Below, piece after piece: positions 47,638 through 60,899 of a stretch of 64,000 nt of DNA. Below the pieces are notes generated by a model. The model made no database searches. It worked only from the letters and a program-made list of their open reading frames with translations, and had not been told where the DNA came from. A program made the position numbers and the translations under genes. The stretch comes from Somniosus microcephalus (Eukaryota). Location: NCBI GenBank assembly GCA_052327205.1, contig CM126218.1:58652001-58716000 (forward strand). Reading direction: 5' to 3'. The number at the start of each line of letters is the position of its first letter. Within the stretch, counting starts at the first letter, position 1.

Positions 47638-49790
47638 GACTTGCTTCCACATTAAAAATGAGTTCTCAGGTGACTGATGAGTCCAATGCGGGACCTACAG
47701 TCTCTGTCACAGGTGGGGCAGACGGTGGTTGAAGGGGCGGGTGGGTGGGGTGCTTGGGTTGACGTGCGCGCCTTGCGCTGCCTGCGCTTGGCTTCTGCTT
47801 GCTCCCAACGAAGGGACTCGAGGTGTTCAGCGCCTTCCCAGATGCTTCTCCTCCACTTTGTGCGGTCTTGGGCCAGGGATTCCCAGGTGTCGGTGGGGAT
47901 GTTGCACTTTTTCAAGGAGGCTTTGAGGGTGTCCTTGAAGTGTTTCTTCTGCCCACCTGGGACTGTCTTGTCATGTCGGAGCTCCGAGTAGAGTGCTTGT
48001 TTTGGGAGTCTTGTATCGGGCATGCGGACGATGTGACCTGTGCATCGGAGCTGATCGAGCGTGGTCAAAGCTTCGATGCTGGGGATGTTGGCCTGAGCGA
48101 GAACACTGACGTTGGTGCGCCTATCCTGCCAATGGATTTGCAGGATCTTGCGGAGGCAGTGTTGGTGGTACCTCTCCAGTGCTTTGAGGTGCCCGCTGTA
48201 CATGGTCCATGTCTCTGAAGCATACAGGAGGGCGGGTATTACTACTGCTCTGTAGACCATGAGCTTGGTGCCGGGTTTGAGGTCCTGGTCTTCAAACACT
48301 TCCTCAGGCGACCGAAGGCCGCACTGGCACACTGAAGGCGGTGTTGGACTTCGTCATCGATGTCTGCCCTTGTTGATAGTAGGCTCCCGAGGTATGGAAA
48401 ATGGTACATGTTGTCCAAGGCCTTGTCGTGGATTTTGATAATCGGGGGGCAGTACTGTGTGGCGGGTGGTTAGTAGAGGACCTTTGTCTTACAGGTGTTT
48501 AGTGTAAGGCCCATGCTCTTGTACATGTCGGTGAAGGTGTTAATGATGGTTTGGAGTTCGACCTCTGAGTGTGCGCAGACACAAACGTCGTCTGCATACT
48601 GTAATTCGATGACAGAGGATGGGATGACCTTGGATCTGGACTGGAGGCGACGGAGGTTGAACAGTTTCCCGTTTGTTCTGTAAATTAGCTCCACTCCAGC
48701 GGGGAGCTTACTGAGGGTGAGATGGAGCATTGCTGCAAGGAAGATCGAGAAGAGCGTTGGTGCGATGACACAGCCTTGCTTGACCCCAGTTCGTACATGT
48801 ATTAAGTCTGAGGGAAACCGTCGGTGAGGATCACAGCTTGCATGTCGTCGTGAAGCAGATGGAGGATGATGATAAACATTTGAGGGCAGCTGAATTTGAG
48901 GAGGACACTCCATAATCCCTCACGGTTGACAGTGTCAAAGGCCTTTGTGAAGTCAAAGAAGACCATGTACAGCAGTTGGTGCTGTTCCCTGCAATTCTCT
49001 TGATTGGTGCACGGTGAAGATCATGGCCATTGTGCCCCTTAGTGGGCGGAATCCGCATTGCGACTCTGGGAGGAGCTCTTCAGCCACTGGGAGAAGGCGA
49101 TTGAGGAGGATTCTTGCAATGACTTTCCCTGTAGCAGACAGCAGGGAAACTCCTCTGTAATTACCGCAATCGGACTTGTCATCTTTCTTGAAGATGGTCA
49201 CAATTACGGCGTCTCTGAGATCCCCTGGCATGCTCTCCTCCTTCTAGATAAGAGAAATGAGTTCATGAGTTCATGCCAGTAGTGCTTCTCCGCCATGCTT
49301 TAGTGTCTCGGCAGGGATTCCAGCTGCTCCTGAGGCCTTGTTGTTCTTCAGTTGTCAGATGGCCTTTTCAACCTCATGCCGGGCTGGGGTTGTGCTGAGA
49401 TGGTGGTGGGTAGCTTGCTGTGGGATGGAATTGAGGACACTCGCGTCGAAGACAGAGTCTCGGTTAAGGAGATCTTCGAAGTACTCCTTCCAGCGGGCTC
49501 CCTGTCCTTGATGAGTACCTCTCCATTCTTGGCCGGCAGTGGGGAATGACCTTGGGTGCTTGGGCCGTAGGCGGTCTTGAATGCGCTAAAGAATCCACAG
49601 CACGTTGTGGTTGTCGGCTAGCTGCTGGATCTCCTGCGCTTTCTCCACCCACCAGCTGTTCTTTAGGTCGCGAGTTTTCTGTTGGACCTCAGCCTTCAGG
49701 CGTCTGTAGAGCTGCTATCTTGCACTCGAGTTGTGTTGCTGTTTCCAGATCAGGAATGCCTTGCGCTTGCAGCTTATTAGCTCCTGGATC
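47638..49790 (-). mobile_element. RTE-clade LINE, 5'-truncated and degenerate
   Basis: NYRGVSLLS, ESQCGFR, GVKQGCVIAPTLF, QYADD, TKLMVYRAVVIPALLY and a terminal CPTC...HLRTH zinc finger, across several frameshifts. Confidence 0.93.
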
Positions 49791-50054
49791 TACTAACACC
49801 CCAAAGATCAACAATGTTCTCTGGTGCTCCAGTTTCTTTCCCAGACTAAATTGCTGGCGTCAGCAAAATAAAGCTTTTTTCCCCCACACACCACTGCATG
49901 AATAGTTTAAATCAGAACAGATTTTCAAAACAGCAGAAATCCTATTATCTCTGAAGTAAGAAAATAAAACAATGCTACCTTTCACGGTGACATCACGTTT
50001 CATGATCTACAGAATTTTGAAACTGAAGCCTAGCACCACTCAATCACTATATTG

Positions 50055-50770
50055 GACTGATCAGTGGCAGGTAACATTCACGCCACACAAGTGCCAGGCA
50101 ATGACCATCTCCAACGAGAGAAAATCGAACCACCTCCCCTTGACATTCAACGGCATTACCATCGCCGAATCCCTCAACATCAACAACCTGGGGGTCATCA
50201 CTGATCAGGAACTCAACTGAATACTGCGGCTACAAGAGCAGGTCAGAGGCTACAAGAGCAGGTCAGAGGCTGGGTATTCTGCAGAGAGTAGCTCATTTCC
50301 CGACTCCCCAAAGCCTCTCCACCACCTACAATCACAAGTCAGGAGTGTGATTGAATAGTCTCCACTTGCCTGGATGGGTGCAGCTACAACAACACTCAAG
50401 TAGCTTGACAACATCCAGGACAAAACAGTCCATTAGATCGGCAGCCCATCCACCACCGACACACTGTGTACTATCCACAGGATGCACTGCAGCAACTCAC
50501 CAAGGCTTCTTCGACAGCACCTCCCAAACCCGCAACCTCCAGCACCTTGAAGCACAAGGGCAGCAGGTGCATGGGAATAGCATCACCTCCAAGTCACACA
50601 CCACCATTGCCATTGTGTCAAAATCCTGAAACTCCCTATCTAACAGCACCGTGGGAGTACCTTCACCACATGGACTGCAGCGGTTCAGGAAGAAGGCTCA
50701 CCACCATCACCTTCTCAAGTGCAACTAGGGATGTGCAATAAATACTGGCCTTGCTAACGATGCCTTTATC
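50055..50770 (+). mobile_element. CR1/L2-group LINE 3' fragment (same family as 5808-6700)
   Basis: WQVTFTPHKCQAMTIS...LGVITDQELN, and a 3' UTR matching the reverse complement of 5810-6000. Confidence 0.78.
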
Positions 50771-50978
50771 CAGAGAATTTAAATTTTTTTTTAATTGATT
50801 CATCTTGTCCTCTCCTGTTCTTTTCAACTTTGGTGGTGTCCTGCACTCTAGCCCTTGGTCCTTCACTTAGAATCATACAATACAGAAACAGGCCTTTGGG
50901 CTCATCAAGTCTGCGCCAGTGCTTTTCTCCACCTAAACCACCTAGTATAATCCTACACTTCTGCTCGGTCACCCTACT

Positions 50979-51195
50979 CATAGAATCATTGATTAAATAG
51001 AATCATACATCACAGAAGGAGGCCATTCGGTCCATTGTGCCTGTGCCGGCTCTTTGAAAGAGCTGTCCAATTAGTCCCATTCCCCTGCTTTATCCCGGAT
51101 AACCCTGCAAAGTATATATCCAATTCTCTTTTGAAAGGTACTATCGAGTCTGCTTCCACCACCCTGTCAGGCAGTGCACTCCAGATCACAACTCT
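50979..51195 (-). mobile_element. CR1-type 3' tail fragment
   Basis: ATAGAATCATA tail and GGCCATTCGG motif. Similar to 9456-9856. Confidence 0.6.
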
Positions 51196-51796
51196 TTAAC
51201 ATTTCCCTTTTCAAGCAGCTACGCAATCCCCAGGAGCCTGCCTGGGAGCTGGCGGAGAACGGCTGTGGCAGCCCATGGGTTCCTGCTACAGTATAGTGAG
51301 GCTGGTGGCCTCACGGCTGCTCAAAATGAAAAAGATAAATAAATCCTTTGGTTATACAATCGATCCTCCTGTGATCCATTGCACAGGCTGAGGTGGCCCT
51401 TTAATTTTGAAATCTCCCAGCTGCCATAGCAATCCTGGTACCAGGAACGCACTGGTGTTTCCAGTGTCCGGCACAAACGACAGGAAACACGTCGGATGAA
51501 ATATTCCCATCATTTGGATGCCAATAAAGTACAGCAGTCCATATTTGGGCAGACACGTGTCCTGTTCCCACGTCACTCCCAGCAGAAAATCGTACCAATG
51601 GTGGAGGGCGGTGAGGAGCTGGGGGAGTGGCTCCTGAGGACTTTTCGCTGCATAACTCCAGTAGAAAAATCTGTTAAGGAGTTCAGTCTGCAGTCAGAAT
51701 GATGTCCCCCAGTCTTACTCAATACAACAGTTTCGAGGTGTCAGCAAAACCACATTCAAACAAATGCATAGGCCCTGAAATTCCACACAGTGAATT

Positions 51797-52045
51797 GTTT
51801 TTATTCGTTCATGTGATGTGGGTGTCGCTGGCAAGGGCTGCATTTATTGCCCATCCCTCATTGCCCTTGAGAAGGTGGTGGTGAGCCGCCTTCTTGAACC
51901 GCTGCAGTCCGTGTGGTGAAGGTAGTCCCACAGTGCTGTTAGGGAGGGAGTTCCAGGATTTTGACCCAGCGACGATGAAGGATCGGCAATATACTTCCAA
52001 GTCAGGATGGTGTGTGACTTGGAGGTGGTGGTGTTCCCATGTGCC
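51797..52045 (-). mobile_element. LINE 3' UTR fragment (family of 5808-6700)
   Basis: Closely matches 5813-6070. Confidence 0.8.
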
Positions 52046-53377
52046 TGCCGCCCTTGATTCCTTGAGCTGGATTCACAGAGCATGAGGGAACCAGAGGAAT
52101 GGGTTGCGGGTGAGGATGTGCCACTTTCTCAGCAGAGGCTGAGGAGAAGGCTGCCGTGGCTTCAAACTTGTGGAACCCAGAACACATAAGTTATCGTCTG
52201 AAAAGAAGGATGTTCGAGGAACATCACACACACACATGCAAGCTCTGAGGCCAATCTCCAAGGATGTGCAGCAACTGACAGCTCTTATTTGCAGTAACAT
52301 CAGGGAAGTTTATTCCCTTGTTGTAGACATCAATGGAGTGTGTGGCAGCTTCACTGGAATCTGAAGACGCTCCTTAACTGAAAGCAGCCAGGGAACAGTC
52401 AATATCTCCTCCTCTACGGAAGCACAGACTGCTGCCCTGGTGGCAGTAGGGGATAGAATCGGCAGTAACGTGTGCACCGGCTTCCAGGCTCTGGCGGCAA
52501 AGATTCAGTTTGTACCTCACGAGACTTTCAGAATCTGACAGCTGCCATTAGACCTCCCTCCCGCTAATCAATGGGAACACTGATACAGGACCCAGTGGAA
52601 TGGCGATGGCTGGAATAGACCTGCCTGAGGCTGCCAGGATAGCAGAACAATGCCAGGCCTCTGGCCTTCCCCCTCCCAGAGCCCAGTGGAACGTAGGAGG
52701 CAAAACCAATCCACCCAGGAACAAGTTCCAGAGATATCATACAAGTAGATATAAGGCAGTGTGAATCAACTCTCATAAAAGTCAGGCACTGAGACCACGT
52801 AAGGGAATGCCTGATGCCAGTAGACCTAAGAAAGTATCTTCGGCAGACCTGAATTTGCAACAATCACCTATTACTTGGTAAATACATTTTTTTTAATCCA
52901 AAATTTTGAACTGAAATGTAAAAAACTTCAATATCATTCAATAGAGACCTGTAGCTATTTGTACATGATTGCAAGACGCCAGTTAGATTGAGCAGCTCAA
53001 ACAATATCATAAACTGTAACAGTAAAACCCAAGCAACTGAGATTAGATTGCAGCTGTAAATCACTGCCTGTATATTACCCACTCTTTGTTCAGCCTTTTT
53101 ATAACCTTATGTCCTTGTGTGCATTTTTTATTCTTCTAACACCGGCCTACTTCTCACTGCTTGCTCCATCTGCTGTACCATTAGCAACTATGCTTTCATT
53201 TGCGTTCATCAAGTTGAAAGATGTCACACAGTGCAAGGTACAGTATAGGATATATGCATGAGTATAGCTCCTCTACCCTAGCAGCACATCCTAATTCCAA
53301 CAGCACCTCCTGCAGCACCATACGTTTCAGAGCTTGAAAAGCATTAAAGAAAGCCAACAGAGAGGGGAAACGGTGTC

Positions 53378-53548
53378 CTGGTCAATATTTATCCCTCAAC
53401 CAACATAACAAAAACAGATTATCTGGTCATTATCACATTGCTGTTTGTGGGATCTTGCTGTGCGCAAATTGGCTGCTGCGTTTCCCACATTTCAACAGCG
53501 CTTTGAGACATCGTGAAAGGCACTATATAAATGCAAGCCTTTCTTTCT
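53378..53548 (+). mobile_element. Partial Deu-domain SINE
   Basis: Reverse complement of the central and tail parts of 33538-33968. Confidence 0.7.
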
Positions 53549-54896
53549 TACATTTCTAATAAGGTCTCAAACTAAATCCAAAAGAACTTCAACCAAAGCT
53601 AGTTCCAACTATATGGAATATAATATAATACAAATTGTACATGGTCTGTCAGAAATATAAATGTAACACAAGCAGCCATGAGGGTTGTGTATTTTTCCAC
53701 TGTTCTACTCCAGCCACACAGTATCCCCCTGGATTTGGAGAGTGCAGTTTGTTATGCCTGCTGTTGGCTCTCCTGACACTTTTAACAAAGATGAAGTGAG
53801 ACTCACTCCCAGACAAGCATCAATTAAAAATCTGTCTTTTATCCATTCTGTTCTCAAAAGCATTCAATCAATCATTCAGTGTCCCTAAAACCTTTAGGAA
53901 CTGATGGCAGAGAGCTCCAGGGCTGCCACTGCTCCTAGCTCCTTTGAGTTTTGTATTGCTGTTCATCGAAGGAAGCAAGCTTGGTAAATGTAAAACTTCT
54001 TTAACATAATATCCTTTGTTATTAACAGAAATAAAATCCTGAACCGTCAAGATCTAGTGCAGCAGTTAAATCAAATGAACTTACTGAATGGAAAATCATA
54101 TATGTCAACCGTTAGTACTTAACCCTTTGAACTGAGTAAGCCTAGTTGTCCCAACTTGTTAGATTTTCTGTGCATAACACAACAATAAACTTGCATTTAT
54201 ATTGCAATTCCCACGTACAAACACCCTTGGAAGAGGTGTACAATGAATGGCCAATCCATTATCACCCTGTTAATACTATCAGCAAAAGTTAAAATCACCT
54301 CCATTGTAACTAATGAGCAACCGCAATTCAAAAGGTGACGAAAAGCTTTTAAAAATTAAGTAATAAAAAGTGGAAATGTAACCATACATCATTTCCTTTT
54401 ACAAATCATGATCACAGTGTGTTCCCAGGGCACTCACTGTATCTCTAATTATAGGCTTGCAACAAAATGCATTGTTAAGAACTAACCTACAGAATTTTCT
54501 AAAGGCAATGTAATTAAAATCTTCTGGTAACAGACTAAAATCCTGTATTATACATCTTTGATAGGCCAGCATTAAAGCAGATGGTCCCATTAATGATTTA
54601 CATCTAAAATCTTGTCAACCGAAAACATTCCTTTATAATTGGAGCTGGATGGAGCAAGTTGTTGTACACTGGCAATAATGAACTGGCAGGGTTACTGTAA
54701 TTAGCGGCTAATGCCCTTTTGGGATTAGTTTATCATGGGATACATTAGTCAACAGTTAATATACACCACTCCATTATCTGTAATGAATAATAATGACAAC
54801 TTTCCTCGCTCTGTTTAGACCTGATATTGTACCAGATTGAATTGTAATAGGCTGCAGACAGTGACAAAATTATAGGATCGATGTTTTCATACTTAC

Positions 54897-55037
54897 ACAC
54901 AATGCCCCATGTCGCAAATGCCATGACCAGAACACATCCAGGGGCACCCTGAGGCTAGGATCACATTATCAATGGCCCAGTTATCAGTCCCAAAAGAGTA
55001 TTCAGTTTGAATCCATCTGAATCGGGTCCTAGGGGAA
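54897..55037 (-). CDS. RELN: Reelin coding exon (141 bp), start of repeat 4 EGF motif
   Basis: [10 protein letters not shown]...[29 protein letters not shown] acceptor, GTAAGT donor. Confidence 0.96.
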
Positions 55038-56544
55038 CTAATTACACAATACAAGAATAAAAAACTTAGTATCAAAAGGAAAGGTGCTGGGTGAAAAAAT
55101 CATCAACATTCAGGAATTGAAAATTGATCATTTAAAATTAGCAGTAAAAAACCCATCTCCAGTCTCAGAGTTCTGCCAGAATAATTTTTCGTGCTCAAGA
55201 ATTAATGAGGCAACAATAAGGGGAGAGTGAAGGCCAACACCAGCTGTAAACAAAATGGGCTGCTTGACATTTCCATTTCCACCATAATAGAAAGAGAACA
55301 TCTGCTGTGGGATTTGGGGCAGGTTCTTCTGTGCAATGCTCCACTCTCATCTGCAATGCTTGTTCAAATGCTTAATTTCTTATCTCTTAAGAGATACAAT
55401 TATGGAAGTTGGTACCCATGCCTTGGGCAATGATTCCAAGCATCTGACCATTTGGGTTCTGTGGTGATGCAGAGGCCGTGCAGCTCAGCAGTCCAGTCCT
55501 CAGTCAATCTAAAGATTTACATACCCTACTCCACAATCTTTCCTTGTACAGCATTATTTTCTCATTTCCAGTGTTTCTTTTTGTTTGACTTTGGTAAATC
55601 CAAGTTGGACAGAGGGGAAGCACTCAAATCCAAATCCGATGCCCTAAATGCTTCTGAACGCTCATTATAACTTGAACAGACACTTAAGATTCTTATCTTT
55701 TACTATGTATTTCTAACCTTCTTCAGCATACGCCATCTTTAAACAAGTTGTAATTTGTGCCATTTTCTTAATATAAATTATCTGTTTATATGAAGTTACT
55801 CTTGGGTGATAGCTCTCACAAACACACTAGTCAGTGCTATTGTAGAAAGGACACAACTACTGGCTAGGACTTGGAGATTGTGAGGTCATGCTGCAGATAT
55901 GGGAGATTGTTTCAACTTTAACTATCATTCTTTTGATATCAGATGCCTACCCAGAACAAAATGGCAACTCAGAATTTCTGAAAATTGAATTCAATGCTCA
56001 CAACTAGCTTGAGTTTTTTTCAATTATTTGGTTTCCAATATTCCACCACTCCCCCGACCCACCCTCCGAAGCTGGTAACTCTTGCTGTGTACAGTACACA
56101 GTTATCCATTCTTCAGGTGCGAGGCTGGACAGAGAGAGGGAAGTTTTCCTCTTTCACTATTTCTAGTGAAATTGTAAACGTGTCATGAAATGGATTTACA
56201 ATTTTGCTATAAAAGCAAACAGAGAAAATATTTCCCTCGAGTGTCCACAGACTGTTTAATCATGATGGCGATGGAGTGCATCACATTTCAGCCTGGTCCA
56301 ATTGTTACCTGATATCCACACAGGCACGCTTACCAGCAATTTTTGTTTGTCTCTCTACCTGAGGGATACTAATGCCAATTATAGTGCTCGCAGTAGAAAA
56401 TCAGCGAACTCAATATACTCCAGGGATCAAACCGAAGACTTTCCTGGGTGGCTCGGTGTATATACCCAGTGAGCATCATTAAAATTGCTTATTGATATAA
56501 ATATGTCCTTTTAAACATCTTGAACATACTTGGCTTACATTGTA

Positions 56545-57926
56545 GGAATTATTTAAGAAGGGTAGGGAGAGATAAACTAGGCTTATTAGTCTAACGTCTG
56601 TTGTGGGGAAGTTACTAGAATCAGTTATTAGGCACAGGGTGACTGAGCACTTGGGCAAATATGAGCTGATCAGAGAGAGTCAGCCTGGATTTGCAACAGG
56701 TAAGTCACGTCTAACAAACCTAGTGGAATTTTTTCAGGAGGTAACTGATTTGGTAGATAAGGGACTGCCCCTGGATGTTATTTACATGGACTTCCAGAAG
56801 ACATTCGCTAAGTTTCCACATAAGAGACTGTTAACAAAAATGAGAGCGCATGGAATTGGAGGCAACCTATTGACATGGGTAGGGAATTGGTAAGGAGGTA
56901 GGAGAGAGAGAGTAGGGATAATGGGTATGTAGTCCAATTGGCAGGATGTGACAAGTGGTGTCCCCCAGGGATCTGTACTGGGGGCCTCAGCTTTTCACTA
57001 TATTTATTAATGACTTAGATGAAGGAGTAGAGAGTCGTAATCCCAAGTTAGATGGCACAGTAAATAGTGTAGATGGGAGCAGAAAGTTGCAAAGGGACAT
57101 TGATAGATTAAGTGAGTGGGCAAAACTGTGGCAGATGGAGTTCAATGTGGGGAAGTGTGGGGTCATGCATTTTGGACCTAAGGAAGATAGAGCAGAGTAT
57201 TTTCTAAATGGTGAGAAGCGAGGAACTGTGGAGGAGCCGAGAGATGTAGGGGTCCAAGTACAGAAATCACTAAAACTTTAGTGGACAGGTACAAAAATAA
57301 TTAAAAAGGCTAATGGAATGTTGGCCTTTATCTCAAGAGGGCTGGAATACTAAAGAGCGGAAGTTCTGCTACAGGTGTATAAAGCTCTGGTTAGACCCCA
57401 CCTGGAGCACTGTGTTCAGTTCTGGGCACCGCACCTCAGGAAGGATACATTGGAGGGGGTGCAGCGCAGATTCACCAGGATGATATCTGGGCTAAAAGGG
57501 ATAAATTATAAACTGGGCTTGCATTCCCTTGAGTATAGGAGATTAAGGGGTGATCTAATGGAGGTGTTTAAGATGATTAATGGATTTGATAGGGTAGATA
57601 AAGAAACTATTTCCTTTGGTGGGGGAGTCCAGAACAAGAGGGCATAACCTTAAAATTAGAACTAGATTGAACAGAGGTGATGTCATGAAACACTTCTTCA
57701 CACAAATTGTAATGGAAATCTGGAACTCTCCCCCACGAAAAGCTGTTGAGGCTGGGGGTCAATTAAAAATTTCAAAACTGAGATTGATAGTTCTGTTAGG
57801 CAAGGGTATTAAGGGTTATAGAACCAAGGCAGGTAGATGAAGTTATGATGCAGATCTGCCATGATCTGATTGAATGGTGGAACAGGCTTGAGGGGCTGAA
57901 TGGCCAACTGCTGTTCCTATGTTCCT
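56545..57926 (+). mobile_element. Older 5'-truncated CR1 LINE
   Basis: Fragmented RT ORFs (YMDFQK, WQMEFNVGKC, RPHLEHCVQFW). Tail GTTCCTATGTTCCT. Confidence 0.9.
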
Positions 57927-57936
57927 AATGACTTAC

Positions 57937-58210
57937 ATGGTTCCTGGAGACAGGTAGACAGTGACACCCTTCCAGTTTTGGAACCTCTGTGAGGTGTAGA
58001 CAGAGCTTTCTGTGTAGTGCAGACAGCCGATGCTAGGAGGGACACACTCGTCTATCACTAGGTGCCAGTCTTTGCCTGTGTTGAGGGAGTACTGCAGCTG
58101 GATGCCGTAGGAGTCTGGAGACTGACTGCCACAGCCTAGGTTGAGCTCAAACTGCAGGAATGTGGAGGCGGTAACATGGAAGTCCCAAGTTTCTGCAAAC
58201 CGGGGCTTGC
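57937..58210 (-). CDS. RELN: Reelin coding exon (274 bp), repeat 4A
   Basis: [12 protein letters not shown]...[14 protein letters not shown]...[10 protein letters not shown] acceptor, GTAAGT donor. Confidence 0.96.
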
Positions 58211-58464
58211 CTAGAAAACAGAAGAGACACAAGCATCAGAGATAAAAGGCAGTTTGTATCTGGGGGTTGAGGGGATCTAAAGACAAAGCGGCTATTTTAA
58301 CACATCGTGGAATAAAAATTCCTCTGGTTACTATGGGGCCAATTTTATTGAATCTGATTACGATGACTTGCTGACTCTGTGGTGTCATTGTTGATAATCC
58401 CTGAGCTGAAAGGACAAGAGCAGTTCTTAGTAATGAATGTTTACATTTCTGTTCAATTACATAC

Positions 58465-58653
58465 CTATATTAGCATTAAAAACCAGAGCTGTATCCTTTG
58501 AGAGGCAGTACATATCTACATTGCCCCCTTGAATGCGATACCAGTTGGATTGCAAGTCAGAGGAATCATCAAATGCATCCTGAAAATCAGTCAGGGAGCT
58601 ATCGTTCATTCCAATCAGGACATCATCTAAGGCCCACTGCGCACTGAGTTTTC
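58465..58653 (-). CDS. RELN: Reelin coding exon (189 bp)
   Basis: [28 protein letters not shown]...LVFNANI. AG/GT bounded, phase compatible with neighbours. Confidence 0.95.
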
Positions 58654-59491
58654 CTAAAAAAACAAAATCGAAGTTAGAGCACATAATAAGACTGAGGCTT
58701 TGACCTATTTTAAATAGCAGGAAGAGGAATTTGATACGGGTGTGTCAACTGTCCATACAATAATCTGTCCAACAGTAATTCCGGATTTCTATATTCAATT
58801 AGTTTGTACAACGATTTTATCAAGCATTGTTGCACAAGATGGTAAAATGCAGAACAATGGGCACAATGCAGTAACTTAATTAAGTTCAAATGTATGTGGA
58901 ATAATATACAGAACAGTGCTATATCTCAGTAATTCTCTGCAGATTAAGTTCGAGTAACCTTGCAGTGTTTACATTATTAATCTAATATTTCAGTCATCAG
59001 CGTCAAGAGAATGAAGTGTCACAGATGTTGATGTCAACCGTGATGCCCAACACAAATAAAAGACTATTTTACGGGGTAACAGTCAGACTTAACAGGTGTT
59101 AGTTTCTGGATTTTTTATAACTGCCCACTCTTAATGGTCTAATAATGTTCCCTCCAATTTGCGGTCTAAGTGCGCAGTCCCTTTAAATTTGCTGTGCGGC
59201 CCCGTGTACGTAGTATCTTCCCGCAGCAGCAGCTGATGAGCAGCCTGCGCGGGACCTCCCGATTGGTGCGTGGCCGCGCACCTTAAGGGGAACATTGGTC
59301 AAAGCTGTACGGAATTGGTCAGGCCCCGACCAGCGAGCTGTACCTCAGGATGCCCAATTGGCGTCCGTAGATCACCTGTTAAATGCAAATGAGGCCCGAG
59401 GCACATTTTAGACCCCTCTGCTACTATCTACCCTGTCCCACCCATTCACACACACAGCACGGGGCAGCAGCACAGCAGTATATGACATTAA

Positions 59492-60682
59492 GGCCTAGAA
59501 ATTCAATTAAGCCCGAAAATGGGCGGTGTTTTTGATTCCAAAGTCTAAATCGTTAATATAAATTGTGAACAACATTGGTCCCAGCACAGATCTTTGTGGG
59601 ATTCCACTTCCCACCTTCTGCCACACTGAATAGCTACCCTTTACCCATACTCTCTGCTTTCTGTCTTGAAGCCAGCTAGCTATCCATTTTGCTACTTGTC
59701 CCGACTCCGCATTCCCTGACCTTATTCATTAGTCTATTATGTAAGTACCTTATCGAAAGCCTTTTGGAAACCTAGATAAGTTACATCTACTGCATTACTC
59801 TTGTCTACTCTCTCTGTTACCTCTTCAAAGAATTCAATAAGGTTGCTCAAGTAAGACTTTCCCTTTTGAAATCCATGCCGACTATTCATTATTATATTTT
59901 TGGTGATCCATGATTGCTCCCTGAATAGACCAAGAATTGTGAAAAGTTTACTGGATACCCTGAACACCTGGATATCAAAATGCAGATGTACAAATTCCTT
60001 CAGAAAGAGGAAAAAGTCATTAGGTCTCCTTTAATTGAAAATGTAATAAGCATACACCTATTACTTCAGAGGAACAGGATGCATATTCTATACGGATGTT
60101 TGCAACAGTAACAGTAAATATTTACAAGGCCCAAATATCATTTAATTTCCAGCTTACTGACACAACTGCAAGTGACAGTAATGGATCAGGCCTTTAGATG
60201 CAGTACATGTCCCCCAGACTATTTGTAACCACATGCTGTTCTGTACACATTACGTGCCAGAACTCACTGACCTGCTCTGGTTGAATGCTGGCATGTAATG
60301 TGTAGAACAGGCGTTCAATCTACTGATGTGTTTCTGCAGCACTGACCATGAGCCATATCACTGGACGGGACATACTCTGCAGAGTTGTTATTGAAAACTT
60401 TGGCAGAGATCTATAGATCTCCACAACTTTCTGCCAGCTTTATGCGCTGTCAACGGCTGCACGCACGGGCGTGGAAAGGGTGGCAAGAGGAGCAGCGACG
60501 TCCAAAATTGTTGAGGGTGCGTCGATTCGACGTTGCGCGCCGATTGACATCACGCTCTTTATCATTAAAATATTTGCGGCGCCCGATATGGTGGCCGCCG
60601 TGTTCCACGCTGGAAGCGAGGTGGCCACCATTTTCTCTTCAAAACCGGTCTTAACAGCGCTAAAGGTCCCAATTTCTAGGCC
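59492..60682. mobile_element. Non-autonomous Harbinger-type element containing a CR1 RT fragment (about 59535-59900, minus strand)
   Basis: TIRs GGCCTAGAAATT / AATTTCTAGGCC. TSD TAA at 59489-59491 and 60683-60685. Inner HGFQKGKS...YLGFQKAFDKV. Confidence 0.75.
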
Positions 60683-60899
60683 TAAATATACACGGCACAT
60701 TCACTATTGCTAAAATAAAGAAAAATCACAAACTTTTCAGTTACTCTTTTCTTTCAAAAATTAACATTTTCCAGATAAACCTACTAATAAGGAATGGTTT
60801 TTGAAAAAGTGAGAGAAAATAGCCAATTAATTGTGAAGGGAAGCTTCAGTGGAGAATTCCCTGTCAGAGCTCGGTAACCCCCTGCTCCACCTCTGCTAG

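Noticed and set aside
50226-50271. 20-bp tandem duplication GGCTACAAGAGCAGGTCAGA
   Set aside because: An ordinary local duplication inside a dead LINE fragment.
51200-52870. Possible further decayed Harbinger element
   Set aside because: Only vague similarity; I could not define TIRs, a TSD or convincing catalytic motifs.
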